Origin: an uncultured Candidatus Competibacteraceae bacterium
GTDB taxonomy: Bacteria; Pseudomonadota; Gammaproteobacteria; Competibacterales; Competibacteraceae
Assembly: GCA_964390235.1 (NCBI GenBank)
Contig: CAYMHN010000001.1
Span: forward strand, 1 to 31,209
Length of the DNA: 31,209 bases
Direction of reading: 5' to 3'
This document shows positions 26,826 to 31,209 of the stretch, one piece after another; position 1 is the first letter of the stretch, and each line of letters begins with the position of its first letter. Below the pieces are notes generated by a model that was not told where the DNA came from, ran no database searches, and saw nothing but the letters and a program-made list of their open reading frames with translations. A program made the position numbers and the translations under genes.

Positions 26826-27173
26826 ATGAGTGAACTGATCACCTCCGTGTTGCTATTGATAGGCGCGGCTTTCGTGCTGGTCGGCGGGATCGGATTGGTT
26901 CGCCTGCCGGACTTTTTTGCCCGATTGCACGCACCGACCAAGGCTTCGACCCTGGGTATCGGTGCCATGCTGCTGGCTTCCAGCATTCACTTCAGCCTGA
27001 GCGAGGGAGAACTGAGTCTGCACGAATTGCTGATTCTGGCTTTCCTGTTCATTACCGCGCCGATCAGCGCTCATTTGCTGTGCAAGGCCGGGCTGCACCT
27101 CAGCCCATCGGCACTGCGTGGGGGGCCCGAAGAGGCCGAGCGGGAATTCAGTCGGCAGGAGGAGCAACTCTGA
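26826..27173 (+). CDS. mrpG: Mrp antiporter subunit G
   Basis: RLPDFFARLHAPTKASTLG, FLFITAPISAH; ATG at 26826 with AGGA upstream. Confidence 0.92.
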   Translation: MSELITSVLLLIGAAFVLVGGIGLVRLPDFFARLHAPTKASTLGIGAMLLASSIHFSLSEGELSLHELLILAFLFITAPISAHLLCKAGLHLSPSALRGGPEEAEREFSRQEEQL

Positions 27174-27209
27174 GCAGTGCGTCGGGCAACGGATTGAATC
27201 AACTACAAA

Positions 27210-27238
27210 TTGCCCTATGCGATCGTTTTTGCTATAAG
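27210..27238 (+). promoter_or_regulatory. Candidate sigma70 promoter of dksA
   Basis: TTGCCC (27210-27215), 17 nt, TATAAG (27233-27238) with TGn extension; SD GAGGA before the ATG. Confidence 0.55.
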
Positions 27239-27270
27239 AGTAATTTTGTCGCCCTATTTATGAAGAGGAC

Positions 27271-27708
27271 ATGATGGCCTTAGCCGACGGCCAAACGGTA
27301 GAGCCAGGCTTCGAGCCCTACAAGCCTAGCGTGACCGAGGAGTACATGAGCGAGGCGCAGAAAGCGCACTTTCGTGCATTGCTGTTGCAATGGCGCGGGC
27401 AACTGGTCGAGGGTGCCGAGCGCACCGTCAACCATATGCAGGGGGATTCCTCCAATCATCCCGATCCCACGGATCGCGCATCCCAGGAAGAGGAATTCGC
27501 CATCGAATTGCGCACCCGCGACCGCGAACGCAAGCTGATCCGCAAGATCGACGATACCTTGGCGCTGCTGGACAGCGACGATTACGGTTACTGCGAAACC
27601 TGCGGTGCCGAGATCGGTCTGGGGCGACTGGAGGCCCGTCCTACGGCGACGCTGTGCATCGAGTGCAAGACGCTGCAAGAATTGCAGGAAAAACGCCACG
27701 GCCGCTGA
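27271..27708 (+). CDS. dksA: RNA polymerase-binding transcription factor DksA
   Basis: YMSEAQKAHF, DPTDRASQEEEF, RDRERKLIRKI, 4-Cys zinc finger CETC..CIEC. Confidence 0.97.
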   Translation: MMALADGQTVEPGFEPYKPSVTEEYMSEAQKAHFRALLLQWRGQLVEGAERTVNHMQGDSSNHPDPTDRASQEEEFAIELRTRDRERKLIRKIDDTLALLDSDDYGYCETCGAEIGLGRLEARPTATLCIECKTLQELQEKRHGR

Positions 27709-28643
27709 GCACTGCCAGTCTACCCCGGTCAGCGGAATCGACCGCGTATCGCGGTCGATTCGCGCCATCCCCTACCGGCCCCTTGCATTTCGGTTCCCTG
27801 CTCGCGGCCTTGGCGGGTTTTCTGGAGGCGCGTCGCCACGGCGGTGAGTGGCTGGTCCGTATCGAGGATGTCGATACCCCGCGGGTGGTCGCTGGCGCCA
27901 GTGACGCCATTCTGCGCAGCCTGGAGTGCCACCACCGGGTTCGGGATGGCACGGTCGACCATCAGAGCCATCGCATCGAGCGCTATGAGTGGGCACTGGA
28001 GCGTCTGCAAACCACCGGTCTGATCTATCCTTGCACTTGCAGCCGCCGCGAATTGGCCGAGTTGGTGCCACTCGGCCCTCATGGTCGCATCTATCCGGGA
28101 CTCTGCCGCCAGGCACCGCGCCGCACCGACCGACCGGCGGCGCTGCGCTTGCGGGTGCCCGACGAGGTCATCGGTTTTCGGGATCGCTTGCAGGGGGATT
28201 ACCGGCAGCATCTGGCCAGCGAGGTCGGCGACTTCGTGCTGCGACGGGCCGATGGACTGTTCGCCTACCAGCTGGCCGTGGTGGTGGATGACGCGGAGCA
28301 GGGGATTACCGATGTGGTGCGCGGCAGCGATCTGCTGGACTCGACCCCGCGCCAGCGCTATCTGCAAATCCTGCTGGGCGCGACCGCGCCCGGCTATCTG
28401 CATATTCCGGTCGCAGTGGATGCGCGGGGCGCCAAACTCAGCAAGCAGACCGGCGCTCCGGCCCTGGACGACGGTCGGCCTGCAGCCTCCTTGCTGGCGG
28501 CGCTGGAGTTTCTCGGTCAGCAACCGCCCGGCGAGCTGAACCGAGCCGATGCCGTCACGGTCATGGCCTGGGCGCGGGAATCCTGGAACCCGTCCCGGAT
28601 ACCGGCCCGCTTGACGATCCCTTGGCCCCGAGCGATCCGCTAG
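27705..28643 (+). CDS. gluQ: tRNA glutamyl-Q(34) synthetase GluQRS; start uncertain
   Basis: GRFAPSPTGPLHFGS, RIEDVD, CTCSR..YPGLC, YQLAVVVDD, RGSDLL, KLSKQ; no anticodon-binding domain; follows dksA. Confidence 0.92.
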   Translation: MSTASLPRSAESTAYRGRFAPSPTGPLHFGSLLAALAGFLEARRHGGEWLVRIEDVDTPRVVAGASDAILRSLECHHRVRDGTVDHQSHRIERYEWALERLQTTGLIYPCTCSRRELAELVPLGPHGRIYPGLCRQAPRRTDRPAALRLRVPDEVIGFRDRLQGDYRQHLASEVGDFVLRRADGLFAYQLAVVVDDAEQGITDVVRGSDLLDSTPRQRYLQILLGATAPGYLHIPVAVDARGAKLSKQTGAPALDDGRPAASLLAALEFLGQQPPGELNRADAVTVMAWARESWNPSRIPARLTIPWPRAIR

Positions 28644-28661
28644 AGGACCATCCGACAGGCC

Positions 28662-29147
28662 TCAGCTCGGGTGCAGGGCCTGCTCGGCGACGATCAGGCC
28701 GTCATCATCGGCATACAGATACTGGCCGGGGCGGAACGAGACGCCGGCGAAACGCACCGAGCCATCCCGCTCCCCCTGGCCCCGCTTGCGGCTGCGCAGC
28801 GGATGGGCCGCCAGCGCCTTGATGCCGATGTCGAGGGCGCCCAGTTGCGCCGTATCGCGGACGCAACCGTTAACCACGATACCCGTCCAGCCGTTGCGCC
28901 CGGCTAGCGCGGCCAGCTGGTCACCGACCAGGGCACAGCGCAGCGAGCCACCGCCGTCGATCACCAGCACCCGTCCCGCACCCGGTTCCTCCAGCGCGGC
29001 GCGGACCAGGGAATTGTCCTCGAACACCTGGAGCGTCGTCACCAGGCCATGGAAGGCCTGCCGGGCGCCGAAATCGCGGAATATCGGTTCGGCGATCCAC
29101 AGTCGGTCGGCATGCGCATCGCACAGATCGGCGGTGTTGAGGTGCAT
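28662..29147 (-). CDS. rraA: RraA family protein (RNase E inhibitor / HMG aldolase-oxaloacetate decarboxylase)
   Basis: [41 protein letters not shown]. Confidence 0.92.
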   Translation of the reverse strand: MHLNTADLCDAHADRLWIAEPIFRDFGARQAFHGLVTTLQVFEDNSLVRAALEEPGAGRVLVIDGGGSLRCALVGDQLAALAGRNGWTGIVVNGCVRDTAQLGALDIGIKALAAHPLRSRKRGQGERDGSVRFAGVSFRPGQYLYADDDGLIVAEQALHPS

Positions 29148-29148
29148 C

Positions 29149-29754
29149 TCAACCCCAGTGGCGGACCGGACCGGTATCGACGTGAATGAATTGCGAATTG
29201 CGATAGCGGCCTACACCACCGGCTTCCATGGACAGGGCCGTGCGATGCAGGGTATTGAAATCACGGTCCGGCATACGGATATCGATGGCCTTGGCGTGCA
29301 TGTGATAGCTTTCCTTGGCCACCGCCCGCGAGCGACTGCGCAGCATGGCGTTGGTCTGGGGTGAGCGATAGCCGCTGAGGGCGTGTATCGGCTGCGTGGG
29401 TTGCAGTTTCAGCTGCAAGGCATGGAGCACATCCAGCAGGTTGGTATCGAAGCGCTTGACCATATCGTTGCGATGGTCGCGCAAGGCGTAACTGAACTCC
29501 TGGATGGACTCGTTGATGTAACCCTCGCTGGGTGTCCAGTACACCAAGCGCAGGGTTTCACCGGTATTGGCGCAATACAGCGCGAGACAGCGCTCCCTGT
29601 TGAGCGCCAGGGCCGGGCCAGTGGCGAGCAGACCAAGAGTCAGTGCCGAGAACCGAAGAAACCGTCGCCGGTCCGGGCAGGGCGCTGAAGGAGTCTGCTG
29701 GTCGGAAGCGCTCGAAGGCGCGCTCGGGTCGTGATGTAGACCGCAGCGATGCAT
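29149..29754 (-). CDS. YcbK/DUF882 family Tat-exported M15A peptidase (MepK-like)
   Basis: Tat motif [47 protein letters not shown]; SD AGGAG. Confidence 0.92.
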   Translation of the reverse strand: MHRCGLHHDPSAPSSASDQQTPSAPCPDRRRFLRFSALTLGLLATGPALALNRERCLALYCANTGETLRLVYWTPSEGYINESIQEFSYALRDHRNDMVKRFDTNLLDVLHALQLKLQPTQPIHALSGYRSPQTNAMLRSRSRAVAKESYHMHAKAIDIRMPDRDFNTLHRTALSMEAGGVGRYRNSQFIHVDTGPVRHWG

Positions 29755-29900
29755 GAGTTATGATCTCCTGGCAATAATTGTTGTTGACCCCGAGCATTGT
29801 GGTCGGGGATTGGCGCAGTCGGCCAAGCAGGTTTGCCGCTATCGGCAACAAATGGGGCATGATTGCAAAGCGGAAGGCAGACCCGGCAAGAGTCCGCGCA

Positions 29901-30383
29901 ATGGCAAAGAAACAGGCGGTCACAGCGGCAATCAGATTATTGCGTCAGCATGACATTGCCTTTACCGAACATCGATTCAACTACGAGGAAGGTAGTAGCG
30001 CTGTTGCCCAGAGCGCGCGGGCATTGGGTATGGACGAGCACGAAATCATCAAGACTTTGATCATGGAAGATGATCATGAATCCCCTCTCATCGTGTTAAT
30101 GCACGGTGATCGCCAGGTTTCCACCAAACGCCTGGCGCGATTTCTAGGGGTTAAATCGATTTCCCCCTGCAATTCGATTACAGCGTGTCGGCATAGCGGT
30201 TATCTTATTGGCGGAACGTCTCCCCTGGGCGTTCGCCGTGCCATGCCGGTATTTATCGAAAGCTCGATTCTAGAACTTTCTCGAATCTATATCAACGGGG
30301 GGCGACGCGGTTTGCTGCTGGCCATGGACCCGCGGGACCTCTGCCGGATAGTGCGCGCGACCCCGGTGTCCGTCGCCCAGTGA
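29901..30383 (+). CDS. ybaK: Cys-tRNA(Pro) deacylase YbaK/EbsC family
   Basis: IIKTL (conserved Lys), GYLIGGTSPLG, INGGRRG; ATG 29901 gives 160 aa. Confidence 0.9.
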   Translation: MAKKQAVTAAIRLLRQHDIAFTEHRFNYEEGSSAVAQSARALGMDEHEIIKTLIMEDDHESPLIVLMHGDRQVSTKRLARFLGVKSISPCNSITACRHSGYLIGGTSPLGVRRAMPVFIESSILELSRIYINGGRRGLLLAMDPRDLCRIVRATPVSVAQ

Positions 30384-30409
30384 GCCCGCGGTTTCCCGGA
30401 TCGATAGGG

Positions 30410-31209
30410 TTATTCCGGCAGCATCGAGAACGCCCGCGCCGCGCCCAGCAATGCCGGCGTCTCGGCGGTGATCACATAACTCGGAATGGTGGCTAGATAA
30501 TCCCTGTAGCGGCCTTTGGCGGTAAAGCCATGGCGAAACGGTGAATGATCGAAGAATTCGCCCAAACGCGATACGATACCGCCGCCGATATACACTCCGC
30601 CACGGGCACCCAGGGTCAGCACCAGATTGCCGGCGACACCGCCGAGCAGGCCGCAGAACAGGTTCAGCGTGTCCAGGCACAAGGGACAGCGACCCGCCAG
30701 CCCCTGCTCGCTGATGGCTGCGGGTGTCAGGGGTTCGGCCTGGTGGCCGTCCAGTTCGGCGATGGCCTGGTACAGGGTGACCAGACCGCTGCCCGACAGC
30801 AGCCGTTCGGCCGAGACATGGGCATGGCTGCACCGGACGATGTCGATGACGGCGGCTTCGCGCGGACTGTTGGTCGGCAGCGTGACATGGCCGCCTTCAC
30901 CCGCCAGGGGCAGCCAACGACCATCGGCGCAGGGCAGCAGACCGGACACGCCCAGCCCCGTGCCGGGTCCGAGCAGCGCCAGAGGCTCCCCCGGGACCGG
31001 ATCGCCAGCACCGATCCGACGGTAATCGTCGGCTGCTAGATGCGGCAAAGCCAAGGCCAGGGCGGTGAAATCGTTCAGCACCCGCAGCCTCTCCAGGCCC
31101 AGCCGGCGGCGCAGTTCCTCGGCCGAGAACGTCCAGGGGTGATTGGTCATCGCCACCCGGTCGCCGGTCACCGGTCCCGCGATCGCCAGCACCGCCGCCT
31201 GCGGCCGGG
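30410..31209 (-). CDS. glk: Glucokinase (5' end outside window)
   Basis: AIAGPV, MTNHPW, LNDFTA, GPGTGLG, EGGH, VSAERLLSG, GGVYIGGGI; frame stays open to the window edge. Confidence 0.94.
   Translation of the reverse strand, partial: RPQAAVLAIAGPVTGDRVAMTNHPWTFSAEELRRRLGLERLRVLNDFTALALALPHLAADDYRRIGAGDPVPGEPLALLGPGTGLGVSGLLPCADGRWLPLAGEGGHVTLPTNSPREAAVIDIVRCSHAHVSAERLLSGSGLVTLYQAIAELDGHQAEPLTPAAISEQGLAGRCPLCLDTLNLFCGLLGGVAGNLVLTLGARGGVYIGGGIVSRLGEFFDHSPFRHGFTAKGRYRDYLATIPSYVITAETPALLGAARAFSMLPE

Noticed and set aside
1451-28523. Many long antisense or alternate-frame ORFs (e.g. 1451-2383, 3179-4162, 10263-11321, 16687-17838, 22077-23717, 27729-28523)
   Set aside because: They are shadows of well-supported genes in a high-GC genome with few stop codons, and show no recognisable motifs.
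29781-29851. Cloverleaf-like spacer as a tRNA or T-box
   Set aside because: No D-loop or TPsiC consensus, no 7-bp acceptor stem or CCA, and no T-box sequence.
1-31209. CRISPR array, IS or integrase, prophage, rRNA or tRNA genes
   Set aside because: No regularly spaced repeats, terminal inverted repeats, mobile-element proteins or RNA-gene signatures were seen; the intergenic gaps are all under 200 nt.

Overview
A GC-rich (roughly 63-65% by eye) gammaproteobacterial chromosomal window, almost fully coding and mostly housekeeping. Left part (1-14170, + strand): 3' end of sdhB, sdhE-ygfX, then rpoE-rseA-rseB with a sigmaE-type promoter, lepA-lepB-DUF4845-rnc-era-recO-cysM, a YdbH-like/YdbL envelope pair, a standalone PolB-like 3'-5' exonuclease and rlmD. 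Middle (14177-27173): IalB-family protein, Usp, a fused TAXI-TRAP permease, three TAXI solute-binding proteins (two on -, one divergent on +) and a complete group-2 Mrp/Pha cation/H+ antiporter operon with an A-B fusion. Right part: dksA-gluQRS, rraA, ycbK-family peptidase, ybaK and a 5'-truncated glucokinase. I saw no rRNA, tRNA, CRISPR array, IS, integrase or phage gene, and no unmistakably new system. The best leads are (i) one TAXI-TRAP permease with three pocket-divergent binding proteins, (ii) a shared cis element, CGACAAA-N7-TTT(A)ATCATTGTC, upstream of both the TAXI-TRAP and Mrp operons, and (iii) a variant YdbH/YnbE/YdbL lipid-bridge module with a lipoprotein-YdbL fusion and no obvious inner-membrane anchor. 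Family assignments come from motif recognition only; no database searches were run.
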